64,000 nucleotides of DNA from a virus: the IMG/VR virus record IMGVR_UViG_3300010049_000002; one strand, written 5' to 3'. Positions 26,482-35,770 of this stretch are shown here, one piece after another. The translations under genes and the position numbers were made by a program. How positions within the stretch are numbered: the stretch's first letter is position 1; each line of letters starts with the position of its first letter. The notes beneath the pieces are model-generated. The model had not been told where the DNA came from. It was given only the letters and a program-made list of their open reading frames with translations, and ran no database searches.

Positions 26482-27164
26482 GTCGGCGACGGAGCAGCAG
26501 GCGGGTTCAGAAGCGGAAAGAGAACCCGGACACGACGACCATCCTCATCATCGGGGGGCTCGTGATAGCTACCGGTGTCGGGGTCTACTTCCTCACCCGG
26601 CCCCAGCAACAGCAGAATGGGGGCGGCAACGGTGGAGGAGGCGGGGGAGGCAATAATCCCCCGCCCCCCACCGGCATCACCTACGGCGGCAATACCTTCA
26701 GCCTGACCGACGTCTGCGCTCGAGCGGGCCAGACGGCCGCCCAGACCGGAGCTGACCCGAGCATCTGGGCCGCGCTCTGCCAAGAGCACGGAGGCACACC
26801 AGCTCCTCCACCGACAACCCCGCCGCCGACCAACACCCTGCCCCCCGCAGCGTCGACCGCCACCGACTCCACCGTCGTCTGGACCGACCCCCACGGCGTT
26901 CCGTACACGCGCCTGCAGGCCTGTCAGCTGTCGATTGTCCCTGGGGGGTACGGCGGCAAGACACCAAGCCAGTGGTACGACCTCTGCTCGTCGAACGGCG
27001 GGTCGGGGCCGACTATGGTCGGTGTCAACGATAACACCGTCGTCTATGGGCCGGACCCGGGGGGCGTCACCTATACGCGCAAGAAGGCCTGCCAGCTGGC
27101 CCAGGGCGGCGGTACGTTCTGGCCGGCTCTTTGCAAAATGTACGGCGGCACCCCAGGACCCTGA
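26478..27164 (+). CDS. KENP-TM anchored protein with three 2-Cys repeat domains (228 aa)
   Basis: MSRRRSSRRVQKRKENPDTTTILIIGGLVIATGVGVYFLT; three C..(W/F)..LC...GG(T/S) units; ATGA coupling. Confidence 0.65.
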   Translation: MSRRRSSRRVQKRKENPDTTTILIIGGLVIATGVGVYFLTRPQQQQNGGGNGGGGGGGNNPPPPTGITYGGNTFSLTDVCARAGQTAAQTGADPSIWAALCQEHGGTPAPPPTTPPPTNTLPPAASTATDSTVVWTDPHGVPYTRLQACQLSIVPGGYGGKTPSQWYDLCSSNGGSGPTMVGVNDNTVVYGPDPGGVTYTRKKACQLAQGGGTFWPALCKMYGGTPGP

Positions 27165-27166
27165 CC

Positions 27167-27637
27167 ATGAGCAAGAGAATCCAAAGAAGAAAGAGCAAGG
27201 AGAACCCCAACGTCGTGCCGATGTTGGTCATCGGGGGGCTGGTCATCGCCGCGGGGGTGGGCGTCTACTTCCTCACCCAGCAACAATCTGGAGGGGGAGG
27301 AGGAAGCTCTACCCCGAACATCTCCGTCCAGGGCAAGAACTTCACCCTTGCGCAAATCTGCGCGAACGCGGGTCTGCCCCAGAGCCAGACCAACGTCGAC
27401 CCGGCGACCTTCGCCTCGCTCTGCACCCAGCATGGGGGGACACCCGCCGCCGCGCCGACCGGCCCCAACATGACCGTGGCCAAATTCCCGAATGGCACCG
27501 TCAACGTCACCCGGGCGATGGCCTGCGGGTGGGGCAAGTTCGCACAGACGGCGCCCACCGGCTCCATCGCCGGGAAGACCTACGCTCAGTGGGCAACTCT
27601 CTGCACGCAAAACGGCGGAACGGTAGGGGGGAGCTGA
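27167..27637 (+). CDS. KENP-TM anchored protein with two 2-Cys repeat domains (156 aa)
   Basis: MSKRIQRRKSKENPNVVPMLVIGGLVIAAGVGVYFLT; paralog of previous gene. Confidence 0.65.
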   Translation: MSKRIQRRKSKENPNVVPMLVIGGLVIAAGVGVYFLTQQQSGGGGGSSTPNISVQGKNFTLAQICANAGLPQSQTNVDPATFASLCTQHGGTPAAAPTGPNMTVAKFPNGTVNVTRAMACGWGKFAQTAPTGSIAGKTYAQWATLCTQNGGTVGGS

Positions 27638-27638
27638 G

Positions 27639-28202
27639 ATGGCGAGACGCAAATCGAACCCAATCAGCAATACCACCTGGCTCCTGGTTGGGGGAGGGGT
27701 GCTGGTGGTCGGCGGTGTCGCGTTCTGGGCCATGACCCGCAGGACGACCCCTCCACCTGGGGGGCCGCGGAACTTCACCCAGAGCACCGGCGGCGGATGT
27801 GACCCAGGCTACGTGCTAGGGCCCGATGGCAACTGCTGGGCACCGTGCCAAAACGGGAGCGCGCCTGATGCCAACGGGTGCTGCCCGGAGGACTACCAGA
27901 ACGGCAACTGCGGCGGAGGGGGAGGCGGTGGCGGTGGCGGGCAGGTCTACGATGACAACACGGTGGTCGGGACCGATGTGAATGGGAATAATGTCACCAG
28001 GTGGCAGGCCTGCCAGTGGGCCGTGCAGTATGCGACCAACTCGATAGCGGGCAACACCAGCGACAATCTGAACAAGGCCGGGCTCCTGGCCGGGGCGTGT
28101 CAGGCCTTCCAGGGAACCTTCAACGCGCCGTTCGGAGTCAGCCTCCAGATTCAGACCCCGCCGATTGGGGTTCTGCAGTCGAATCTGCCGACGGCCCCCT
28201 GA
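27639..28202 (+). CDS. KSNP-TM anchored Cys-rich protein with poly-Gly run (187 aa)
   Basis: [32 protein letters not shown]; G10 run; one 2-Cys unit. Confidence 0.6.
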   Translation: MARRKSNPISNTTWLLVGGGVLVVGGVAFWAMTRRTTPPPGGPRNFTQSTGGGCDPGYVLGPDGNCWAPCQNGSAPDANGCCPEDYQNGNCGGGGGGGGGGQVYDDNTVVGTDVNGNNVTRWQACQWAVQYATNSIAGNTSDNLNKAGLLAGACQAFQGTFNAPFGVSLQIQTPPIGVLQSNLPTAP

Positions 28203-28205
28203 GCC

Positions 28206-28772
28206 ATGCCGCTTGAGAAGGACCCCGCGCTCCAGTATTTGGCCCGGCTGGCGCTGGCGAGGAGCGGAATGCCTGGCCCACCGGGACCTCCGGGGCCGCC
28301 GGGCGAGCCGGGCGAGGATGGGCCCCCGGGCATCGATGGGCCCCCCGGAGAACCAGGCCAGGATGGGCCCCCCGGGCCTCCGGGTTTGAACGCCGGCAAC
28401 ATCATCGGTCCGGTCAGTAACACGTCCGTCGCCACCAGTGTGTCATCAGCCTCTATCGACCTCCCAGGGCCCTCTGGATATATGCCTCGTAGCTCCGGGA
28501 CTGTCCTATTTTGGGCCACGGTCAACGGCACGATGGATGCAACTCCAGGGTTCATCGTCCTGGACGTCCAGTTAGATGGGGGGACAGTAGTATCTTCCGC
28601 GAGGACCGGCGGGACAGTGATACCGAACGGCGTATTTACCGTAGTCAATCTCGGGACCGCTCAACTTCCGCTGGATGGGAGTCCTCACTTCTTGAGAGTT
28701 GCTTCAAGCACCACGGCCGGAACCTACACCGTCCAGGCCGGCAGCCTCACAATTTTCGCTGTCGAGCTCTAA
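28206..28772 (+). CDS. collagen-like (GXY) fibre protein 1 (188 aa)
   Basis: [40 protein letters not shown] then beta-rich head; N-terminus [18 protein letters not shown]. Confidence 0.75.
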   Translation: MPLEKDPALQYLARLALARSGMPGPPGPPGPPGEPGEDGPPGIDGPPGEPGQDGPPGPPGLNAGNIIGPVSNTSVATSVSSASIDLPGPSGYMPRSSGTVLFWATVNGTMDATPGFIVLDVQLDGGTVVSSARTGGTVIPNGVFTVVNLGTAQLPLDGSPHFLRVASSTTAGTYTVQAGSLTIFAVEL

Positions 28773-29308
28773 TGCCGCTCAGTGACGAGTACCTCACCAA
28801 GCTTGCGGTTGGAAGACCGGTGGTTCCGGGACCCCAGGGTGCTCGGGGTGTTGACGGCACTCCAGGCAACCCAGGCGCGAACGGCGCTACAGGGATACCG
28901 GGCGAGGATGGAAATCCAGGGCCCGCAGGTGAGAGCACGGCCAACTACCTATTTACGGCGCAGAACACGGCTAGCAGCGGAACGAGTATATCGACAACTA
29001 CGGTAAACTACACATCCCACGGCTCTGGTATCATCATCGTATGGCTCATGGCCAATATCGCTAGGCTGGTGGAAAGCGCGACACAAGGGTCATTGACGAT
29101 AAGGCTCTATGTCAATGGATCAGGGCAGCCAGTTAAATTTGTGCGATTTGATGCTGTCAATGGGATACGTGGGGCGGGTCAGATTTTCTTGTGGGTGGTG
29201 GCGATAACCACAGGAAGCACCGCAGCCTTTTATGCGAATGCATCGGGTACTTTGACAACAAATGCCCAACTCGGAAACCTGAGACTTCTCGGCCTGGAAT
29301 TGACCTGA
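28772..29308 (+). CDS. collagen-like (GXY) fibre protein 2 (178 aa)
   Basis: GPQGARGVDGTPGNPGANGATGIPGEDGNPGPAG; start overlaps previous stop (TAATG). Confidence 0.75.
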   Translation: MPLSDEYLTKLAVGRPVVPGPQGARGVDGTPGNPGANGATGIPGEDGNPGPAGESTANYLFTAQNTASSGTSISTTTVNYTSHGSGIIIVWLMANIARLVESATQGSLTIRLYVNGSGQPVKFVRFDAVNGIRGAGQIFLWVVAITTGSTAAFYANASGTLTTNAQLGNLRLLGLELT

Positions 29309-29313
29309 AGAGG

Positions 29314-30936
29314 CTAGGCTCCAACGGCTTGTTCGTAGAGCCTCCTAAGCCTCTCCATCGCGCTCTCCTTCCTGGCATCCATCAACTCTCTCAAGTCGGC
29401 ATCCAGCTGGTCGTCGCCCTTCCCGAGGGCCCCGTTCATGGCATCTAGCTTATCGATGACAGCCTTCCGGATGACGTCATCGGCGCTGCCTCTTGCTATC
29501 GGAATTTGAATCAAGACCTTCTGGCCTTTGAACCTCCCAAACCGATTCTCGAACTGCAGCAGGGTAGTCGCGAGATAGCTCAACTCCGCGATGACGACGT
29601 TGCCCGCATAGGATAGGAGATTGACCCCCTCCTTGCAGGAGTCAAAAGTTAGACATAGGCAGTCCGGCTGAGATTTGTAAATCAATTCCCGTTTCTCCAC
29701 CGGCAGGCCCCCATGACTCACCTTCACCCGCGCCTCGGGGCAGCGCCCAGAGACTGCCCCGGCAATCCCCTCGGCGATGGAGCGCCGGTGGCTCCCCACG
29801 ACCACCTTAGCCCCAGCCTCCAGGTGTAGCGCTACAAGCGCCACCACCATGTCGAACTTCCCCTCGGCGGCAAGCCCCAACGCCTTCTGGAAGGCCTTCT
29901 CTTTGAATTCGATGGGGGCAATAAAGCGAGGGTCTATCTCCGTCGAGAAGACCTGCCTCGTCCGCGGGGGGAGTTCCAGCTCCACGTCGCTCTTCGTCCT
30001 CCGGAGCATGAACCCCCAGGGCCTAGCCGGGGACCACATGAGCCGCTCATTGAGCTCCTCGAGGTTGGAAGAGCCGTCCCATTTCCATACCGTTTTGAAG
30101 ATGCCCACCCCATCTTCCCGCATCTGAATCTGCTCCTGGCGCCCGCCACAATACCGGAGCCCGTATTTGAAGAAGCTCTTGCCGAGACGGCCCGGGGATA
30201 TCACTTCCAATGGCCCGAAGAACTGCTTCACGCGGTTGGAAATCGGCGTGCCCGTGAGCATCATCCGGTGGGAACACTTCTCCCCCAGCTCCCTGGCGGC
30301 CTTGGAGCGCCTCGCCTCGAGGTCCACCAACCTGTGGCCTTCATCGAGGATGAGCGTCTTGACCCCCCAAGCGATGAGGCTCTCCGCCCAGGCGTGGAGA
30401 ATCTCGTAGTGGACCACGCAGACGTCGAGGGATGGGTCGATGGGCGACGGCTTGGTGCCTTGGAGCCCCCCGCGCTTGGCCGCCGGCCACCACTTCTCCA
30501 GCTCCCCGCCCTCCGACAGCCAGACCCCGCGCACGGCGTTGGGGCAAACGATGACGGTCTTCTGGCGGAGGGCCCTTGCTGCTGTCGCCGCTTGGCTACT
30601 CTTGCCGAGCCCCATGCTGTCCGCGAGGATGCAGCCCTCGGAGCTCTTCTGAAGGAGGAAGTCGACCCCCACCCGCTGGTAGTCCCGGAGGCCCTTGGAG
30701 GCGGTCAGGAGCCCAGAAGGCCCGACCAGCCCGGACCAGTCGCCGTGAATCACGAGGCCCCGCTGGTGGGCGTTCTTCGCGGTCACATGCACCGCGTCCG
30801 GGTAGCCCACCAAGCAGCGCAAGGCCTTGTCCCAGCGCATCCCCGGGACCTTGTCGGCCTCCTCTTTCAACACCTGAGAGAAGCCCGAGGAGCGCAGAGC
30901 CCATAAAGGCCCACCCACGTGCTGGATTTGAATCAC
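29314..30936 (-). CDS. SNF2-family helicase (540 aa)
   Basis: Motif I ADSMGLGKS, motif II LILDEGHRL, C-terminal helicase lobe. Confidence 0.85.
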   Translation of the reverse strand: MIQIQHVGGPLWALRSSGFSQVLKEEADKVPGMRWDKALRCLVGYPDAVHVTAKNAHQRGLVIHGDWSGLVGPSGLLTASKGLRDYQRVGVDFLLQKSSEGCILADSMGLGKSSQAATAARALRQKTVIVCPNAVRGVWLSEGGELEKWWPAAKRGGLQGTKPSPIDPSLDVCVVHYEILHAWAESLIAWGVKTLILDEGHRLVDLEARRSKAARELGEKCSHRMMLTGTPISNRVKQFFGPLEVISPGRLGKSFFKYGLRYCGGRQEQIQMREDGVGIFKTVWKWDGSSNLEELNERLMWSPARPWGFMLRRTKSDVELELPPRTRQVFSTEIDPRFIAPIEFKEKAFQKALGLAAEGKFDMVVALVALHLEAGAKVVVGSHRRSIAEGIAGAVSGRCPEARVKVSHGGLPVEKRELIYKSQPDCLCLTFDSCKEGVNLLSYAGNVVIAELSYLATTLLQFENRFGRFKGQKVLIQIPIARGSADDVIRKAVIDKLDAMNGALGKGDDQLDADLRELMDARKESAMERLRRLYEQAVGA

Positions 30937-31103
30937 CGGCGAGAGCCCCCGAGAGAAAGGGCCACCCGGCAGCTCTCGAAAGGAGCCCCGCCCAGGGGGG
31001 TAGGCGAGGGGGGAACGAGCAGCGCGCCGGGCGCCCTTTGACCCTTGTAGCAGGGCCTGTCGCCGGGGGCCTTATTTTTTACTAAAGGACAAGCAGGGCC
31101 AGC

Positions 31104-31397
31104 CTATTTGTTCTGCTTGCTGACCCACCGCAGGACGCGCTCCCGCTCCCGCTCGCTTTGGATGACTCCGGGCGCTCCAGCCCTGAGCGGGAGATACTGG
31201 ACCAGCCAGCCGCTCCGTTTGAACCGCTCGGAGAACCCCGGGATGGGGACGTAGGTACAAAGCCCCCGCTCTTTCAGCCGGTCCAGCTTGTCGAGGGTCA
31301 CAATGCTCGAGTTCGTATCCACCACGTGGATGTGGCCGGCGTAGATGTCGTCCAGCAGGATGCGGTCTTCGGGGGCGATTCCTAGCCGATGGGCCAT
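31104..31397 (-). CDS. hypothetical protein (97 aa)
   Basis: ORF track; immediately upstream of SNF2 gene. Confidence 0.5.
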   Translation of the reverse strand: MAHRLGIAPEDRILLDDIYAGHIHVVDTNSSIVTLDKLDRLKERGLCTYVPIPGFSERFKRSGWLVQYLPLRAGAPGVIQSERERERVLRWVSKQNK

Positions 31398-31442
31398 CTC
31401 TCCGGCGTAGCCATAAGGGCTGAGAGCGTCAACGGTCTAGTG

Positions 31443-31937
31443 TCACCCCTTGGTGTCATCCTTCCGGGGGACAAACTGGTCGGAGGAGACAGCTGCGACG
31501 GCGTCGCGCAGGGCCTGGAGCATCGCGATGCGCCGGTCCAGAGACTCGATGAACTCGCTCATGGTGGTGCTGGGGCCGGCGAGCGGGGGCTCACCCACGA
31601 ACCCCGATGGGGATGACGCGGGCTGAGATGCCGCAACGCGCTGGCCGACCTCGACGGCCATCTGCGCCCATTTCCTGCCCGACGCCTTGTCGACGCGGTT
31701 GGCTCTCTGGAGGTAGGTCTCCCCTCGGCCGCGCCTGGGGAGGAAGTCGGGGTACTCCTCAAGGAACAGTCTCCGGCGCTCTTTCGGGTCCACGACGTCG
31801 GGGTGCCAGTCGGGGTGCGCGTCGACAGGGGAAATATGGTGTTGCCAGCCCATCGCGCCAAATCGGAACGCATATCCACAAATGGGACATACCTTCTTCG
31901 GAGGACCAGAATACGGCTCCTCCTTTTTCTTGGTCAT
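31443..31937 (-). CDS. hypothetical protein, paralog of 35771..36358 (164 aa)
   Basis: CPICGYAFRFGAMGWQHHI..HPDWHP..RRRLFLEEYPDFLPRRGR matches CPLGCGHVFRYGVNGWHHHI..HPHWHP..RKALFLDEFPDFLPKRGR. Confidence 0.6.
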   Translation of the reverse strand: MTKKKEEPYSGPPKKVCPICGYAFRFGAMGWQHHISPVDAHPDWHPDVVDPKERRRLFLEEYPDFLPRRGRGETYLQRANRVDKASGRKWAQMAVEVGQRVAASQPASSPSGFVGEPPLAGPSTTMSEFIESLDRRIAMLQALRDAVAAVSSDQFVPRKDDTKG

Positions 31938-31992
31938 GGCCCGGATTTATGCGGCTGGGGCCACAACGTCAATCCCGCAGTGTATAGGCACT

Positions 31993-32026
31993 CAATTACC
32001 GGTTAGTGCTTATCCATTAGTAATTG
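31993..32026. repeat. inverted repeat CAATTAC-N20-GTAATTG in an AT-richer gap (att or operator candidate)
   Basis: Direct reading; contains TTACCGGTTAG also seen after heptad motifs at 4141 and 58955. Confidence 0.5.
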
Positions 32027-32292
32027 GGATAGGGCTCCGGCCAGGGGCGGTCGAGGGGCCCCCGGGCGACGGATGAACCTCGGGCGAGCCCCGGGAGGCT
32101 TTGGCAGCCCCGCGGTGTCAAGACGAAATGGACCTCGAGGGGCTTGTAGCGCCGGCGGGCCTGCACCGCCAGCCTGGACCTTGGGGGGTTCAGGGGGCTG
32201 GGCGGGCGGTTTGGGGGGAAATCGGAAGGGAAGATTCCGATTTGGGGCCCCTTGAACGCGGCCTCTGGGGGACCCACCCTCCGGGCGACCCA

Positions 32293-32568
32293 ATGCTCTC
32301 CCGCGCACAACGACGCCTCATCCGCCAGACCATCGGGTCGGCCCCAGCCCCACCGCCGGCTCCGCTTGAGAGGGCGGGCTACTCAATAGCCGAGGCCGCT
32401 CAGGTGGTAGGCGTCCGGCCGGCGACGCTCCGGCGGATGGTCGAGCGCTACGCCCAGGTCGAGGGCGACGAGGTCGTGTCGCGCTTGACCGGCATGACCG
32501 TCAGAAAGCGCGGCGGCCTGGGCCGGTGGGTCGTTACCCTCGACCCGTGGCTGAAAGGCCCGGCCTAG
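32293..32568 (+). CDS. helix-turn-helix DNA-binding protein (91 aa), excisionase/regulator-like
   Basis: YSIAEAAQVVGVRPATLRRMVERY; converges on and overlaps serine recombinase stop. Confidence 0.5.
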   Translation: MLSRAQRRLIRQTIGSAPAPPPAPLERAGYSIAEAAQVVGVRPATLRRMVERYAQVEGDEVVSRLTGMTVRKRGGLGRWVVTLDPWLKGPA

Positions 32569-34181
32569 GCCACCGCCGAGAGTTCAATGGTTCGTTCAAC
32601 AGCCCTGCGGCTACTGTTCAAACCATTGAAGTCGACGTCGCAGCCGGCCAGGCCTGCGTAGGTCCCCGTCCCGTGGAGCTTCCAGGCTCTTTTCCCTTGG
32701 ATTGTGACCAGGCTTGCCCGGAGCCGCTGGCCGCCCAGCAGGACCCGGACAGCCTCCGCGGCCTCGCGGCCCCCCTTGGCCAGGCTCTGGCGCAATTGCT
32801 CGGCCTGCTTCTCCAGGTTGGCGACGAGCCTTCGGGCATCCAACTCCGGAGGGCCAGCCTTCAACCGCTCCAGGCTCTTCTCCAAGGTCGCCAGCCGCGC
32901 CTTCTCCTTGTCCAAAGCCTCGTAGATGTCCCCCCGGTGGGCTTGTGGGGCGGTGGCGACGGCGTCGATGAGGTTGGCCTTGCGTCTCTTGGCGCTGGTG
33001 ATTTCCGCCTCGATGCGCTTTCGGTCGTCGGCCCGCTTGGGGGTCGTCCGGAGCTCCTTCCGGAGCCGGTCGCAGGTCTGCTTGATTCGTTCGGGGGTCA
33101 GCATCCCCGCCGCCATTTCGATGACCGCCTTCTCGACCCGCCAGGCGACACGCATCCCGATGCCAGGACAGGCTTTGGTCCGCGTGTGGTTGCAGTGATA
33201 AGACCGGGTGGGGCCGGAACCGGTCGCCGCGATACACCCCCCGCAGAGGCCGCAGGCGATGACGCCCGAGCAGACGTTGAACACGGTCCCCTTTCGCTCG
33301 GTGAAGTGCCATGGCCTGTTGGTCCGAGCGTGCGCCATCGCAGCCTCGAGGCGGGTGATTTGCTCCGGGGAGAGAATCGCCAGGTCCGGGAGCTCGTAGC
33401 GCTGGCCGGAGAACATCCGGTACCCCCGGTAATACGGATTCTTCAGGACGAACAAAACAGAGCTCATGACCCAGGGCCCCTCGGCCGACCGGAGGCCCTC
33501 GTCATTCAGGATGATGGCTGTCCGCCGGTAGCTCTCGGTCTGGAGGAACACATCGAAGAGCCGGCGGACGACAGCTAGCTCCGGCTCGTGCTTGACGGCC
33601 CATTTGCCGGGCCGGTCGCCAGTGCCCCGTGCGTCGGCGATGGTCACGGTTTTGAGCCGGTAGCCGAATGGCGGTTTGCCGGTGGCCCGGCCCTCGTTGG
33701 CGCGCTTTTGCAGATTCTCCTTAGACCGGTAGCTCGCGGCGAGTCTCTCTCCTTCGCCCCGGAAGCTATCGACGGTCGTCAGAAGCAGGTCGGGACCGCG
33801 GATACCGACCTCCTTGCCCTCCCGGTACTTCCAGACCTTGACCCCCACGGCGTGTAGGTCGCTCAGGATGGCGATGGACCGGTGGGCCTCGAGGCGCGAT
33901 AGCCGGTCGAGGGCCCGGACGACGATGACGTCGAACTCTCGCCGTTTGGCCGCCGCCAGCATCGCCTGGAGCGCCTTGCGTTCCTCGGTGCCGCCCGAGA
34001 CGCCGTCGTCGACGTAGACGTGGCCTTCATCGAGGCGCCACGCCTGGGCGGCGATTGCCTCGCGAGCGTTCTCCTCCTGGACCCGACAGGATTCGATGCC
34101 TAGCTGCTGGCCGCGAAGGTCCTCCTTGGAGAGACGTACGTAGATGGCGGCCCGGAGGGCGGTGGTCGAGGGCTTGTTCAT
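32565..34181 (-). CDS. large serine recombinase/integrase (538 aa)
   Basis: AAIYVRLSKED, DDGVSGG, VVVRALDRLSR resolvase motifs; recombinase domain, Cys zinc ribbon (CGLCGG..CNH..C), coiled-coil C-terminus. Confidence 0.9.
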   Translation of the reverse strand: MNKPSTTALRAAIYVRLSKEDLRGQQLGIESCRVQEENAREAIAAQAWRLDEGHVYVDDGVSGGTEERKALQAMLAAAKRREFDVIVVRALDRLSRLEAHRSIAILSDLHAVGVKVWKYREGKEVGIRGPDLLLTTVDSFRGEGERLAASYRSKENLQKRANEGRATGKPPFGYRLKTVTIADARGTGDRPGKWAVKHEPELAVVRRLFDVFLQTESYRRTAIILNDEGLRSAEGPWVMSSVLFVLKNPYYRGYRMFSGQRYELPDLAILSPEQITRLEAAMAHARTNRPWHFTERKGTVFNVCSGVIACGLCGGCIAATGSGPTRSYHCNHTRTKACPGIGMRVAWRVEKAVIEMAAGMLTPERIKQTCDRLRKELRTTPKRADDRKRIEAEITSAKRRKANLIDAVATAPQAHRGDIYEALDKEKARLATLEKSLERLKAGPPELDARRLVANLEKQAEQLRQSLAKGGREAAEAVRVLLGGQRLRASLVTIQGKRAWKLHGTGTYAGLAGCDVDFNGLNSSRRAVERTIELSAVA

Positions 34182-34555
34182 CGAGCACCTCGGGCAATGA
34201 ACATCTTGGCCAGCTCCTGGGCGATAGGGTCATCGGGCGGGACGTCCATGGCCGGGATGCTACCAGCCTTACAGATGAGGATGGCTTCCGCCTGGTTCGG
34301 CGCATCGACGAAGACAACCGGAGCCCGGTAGATGATTTCCTCGTCGGCCTCGAGGGCGATGGGCTCGGCGGGTAGGCCCTCTGGCGAGAGGGCGATACGC
34401 AGTTCCCCCCTGGCACCACGGAGCATCCGTCGGAACCGGTCGGGCGCAGCCGAGAAAATGACGGCCGGAATGGTGTGCGGGCGTAGCGGCTCGAGGGCAA
34501 TGAGCCGGGGCCGGGGCCTGGCCTTCTTGACCGAGGGCCCCCTCCGGCGGGTCAC
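34178..34555 (-). CDS. hypothetical protein (125 aa), GTG start
   Basis: GTGA coupling with upstream stop at 34552; ATGA-type overlap with recombinase start. Confidence 0.4.
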   Translation of the reverse strand: MTRRRGPSVKKARPRPRLIALEPLRPHTIPAVIFSAAPDRFRRMLRGARGELRIALSPEGLPAEPIALEADEEIIYRAPVVFVDAPNQAEAILICKAGSIPAMDVPPDDPIAQELAKMFIARGAR

Positions 34556-34869
34556 GGCCCGGGCTCCCGCATCACAAAGCCAGGCGCCTGCATAAAGTAC
34601 GTCGCCGCCCCTATCTGCCGCGCCAGGGCCAGCCACCGGCGCTCGTCCGCGGCCATCAGCCGCCACCGGAGCTCGGCGAGCCACTGCTCGGGGCCCATCG
34701 GGGTCTCGCGCTCCCGGCGGCGCTGCAGGATGCGCGCGGATGCCAGCCGGTCGGCGGGGCTCGTCTTGCGAAAGAGCACGACCCCGCGCTCGTGCCGACC
34801 GCCATGAATCCGGACGCCGTGGTGTACGATGGCCCGCTTCTCGTAGAGGTTCAGTTCGTCCGGTCTCAT
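34552..34869 (-). CDS. hypothetical protein (105 aa)
   Basis: Trimmed to MRPDELNLYEK; ATGA coupling. Confidence 0.45.
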   Translation of the reverse strand: MRPDELNLYEKRAIVHHGVRIHGGRHERGVVLFRKTSPADRLASARILQRRRERETPMGPEQWLAELRWRLMAADERRWLALARQIGAATYFMQAPGFVMREPGP

Positions 34870-35252
34870 GATGAGACCCCCCAGCGCCGCAGCTGCTCCA
34901 GGCGCGCTCGTTCCTCCCGGCCCAGCTCGCCCCGCAAGGCCACCCGCTCCAGCCGGTCGAGGGTCGCCCGCTTCATCACGTCCGCGGTGACGCCCAGCGC
35001 CTCCCAGCACTTCCTCGGCCCCCTCTGCAGGTACTCCGCGCACGCCCGGTCCCAAGCCTGCACCTGGCATTCGCAGAAGGCGCCGCGGTTGGCCGCCACC
35101 ACTACGCCCACGCGCGCCCACCCGTAGGCCATCATGTCCGCCCGCTCGAAGCTGTCGATGCTCCGGAGCATCACGTCGCGGCGCCAGGCAGCTTCAGTGG
35201 GGGCCATCGGCTGTTGGTCGATATCTCGCCCACACTTCCGACATTGTTTCAT
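34866..35252 (-). CDS. hypothetical protein with N-terminal CxxC (128 aa)
   Basis: Trimmed to MKQCRKCGRD. Confidence 0.45.
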   Translation of the reverse strand: MKQCRKCGRDIDQQPMAPTEAAWRRDVMLRSIDSFERADMMAYGWARVGVVVAANRGAFCECQVQAWDRACAEYLQRGPRKCWEALGVTADVMKRATLDRLERVALRGELGREERARLEQLRRWGVSS

Positions 35253-35262
35253 GTGGATAACC

Positions 35263-35568
35263 CTATTCCCGCGGATAGCGAAGGAGCCCCGTACAGGTGA
35301 GCTCCACATACCAGGCCTCGATACCCCACTCCCGCACCGCATAAGAAATCGGAATCACCTCGACGAATCCCGCCTCCTCCAGGCTCCGAAGTTCCTCCCG
35401 GGAGACGAGCCCGGCGTCGACCTGGGCCGGGTCGGAGCGGCCCCGGAAGATAATCTCGAGCACCTCCCGGTCGGAGCGGCTGGGGGGCAGCCTCGTCGCT
35501 TTGGCGAGGTCAGGAGCAATCGGGGTTGCTGCGCGGAGGTTCCTGCTGCTCGTGGGGTGTTTGGCCAT
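35263..35568 (-). CDS. hypothetical protein (101 aa)
   Basis: Trimmed to MAKHPTSS (AAAGGGA SD). Confidence 0.45.
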   Translation of the reverse strand: MAKHPTSSRNLRAATPIAPDLAKATRLPPSRSDREVLEIIFRGRSDPAQVDAGLVSREELRSLEEAGFVEVIPISYAVREWGIEAWYVELTCTGLLRYPRE

Positions 35569-35708
35569 GGGCTTTTTGTCCCTTTCCCGAAGACGAGATG
35601 CCGCCGTCCCATAGGAAACCCCCCGCAGGGCAGACCTCGGTTGGGCGGGCCTTCCGGCTACCCACCTGCATCCACCCCTCATGTAGGCCCCCGCTGGTCG
35701 GCCCAATC

Positions 35709-35737
35709 ACTGACTGGCCAAGTTATGACCAGTCAGT
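35709..35737. repeat. perfect 9-bp inverted repeat ACTGACTGG-N11-CCAGTCAGT
   Basis: Direct reading; lies in gap between 35771 gene stop and 35568 gene start. Confidence 0.6.
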
Positions 35738-35770
35738 AACGAACCGGCTTAGCGCCCCGACCGCCGCCGG

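Noticed and set aside
31043-31078. Hairpin (AGGGCC..GGCCTT) followed by ATTTTTT on the plus strand
   Set aside because: It is terminator-like, but both flanking genes are on the minus strand and the nearest plus-strand gene ends 1.7 kb upstream. The stem is weak, with a G-U pair.
32526-33578. 350-aa plus-strand ORF and the other long ORFs overlapping the serine recombinase
   Set aside because: The minus-strand frame carries unambiguous serine-recombinase motifs. The overlapping frames are compositionally aberrant.
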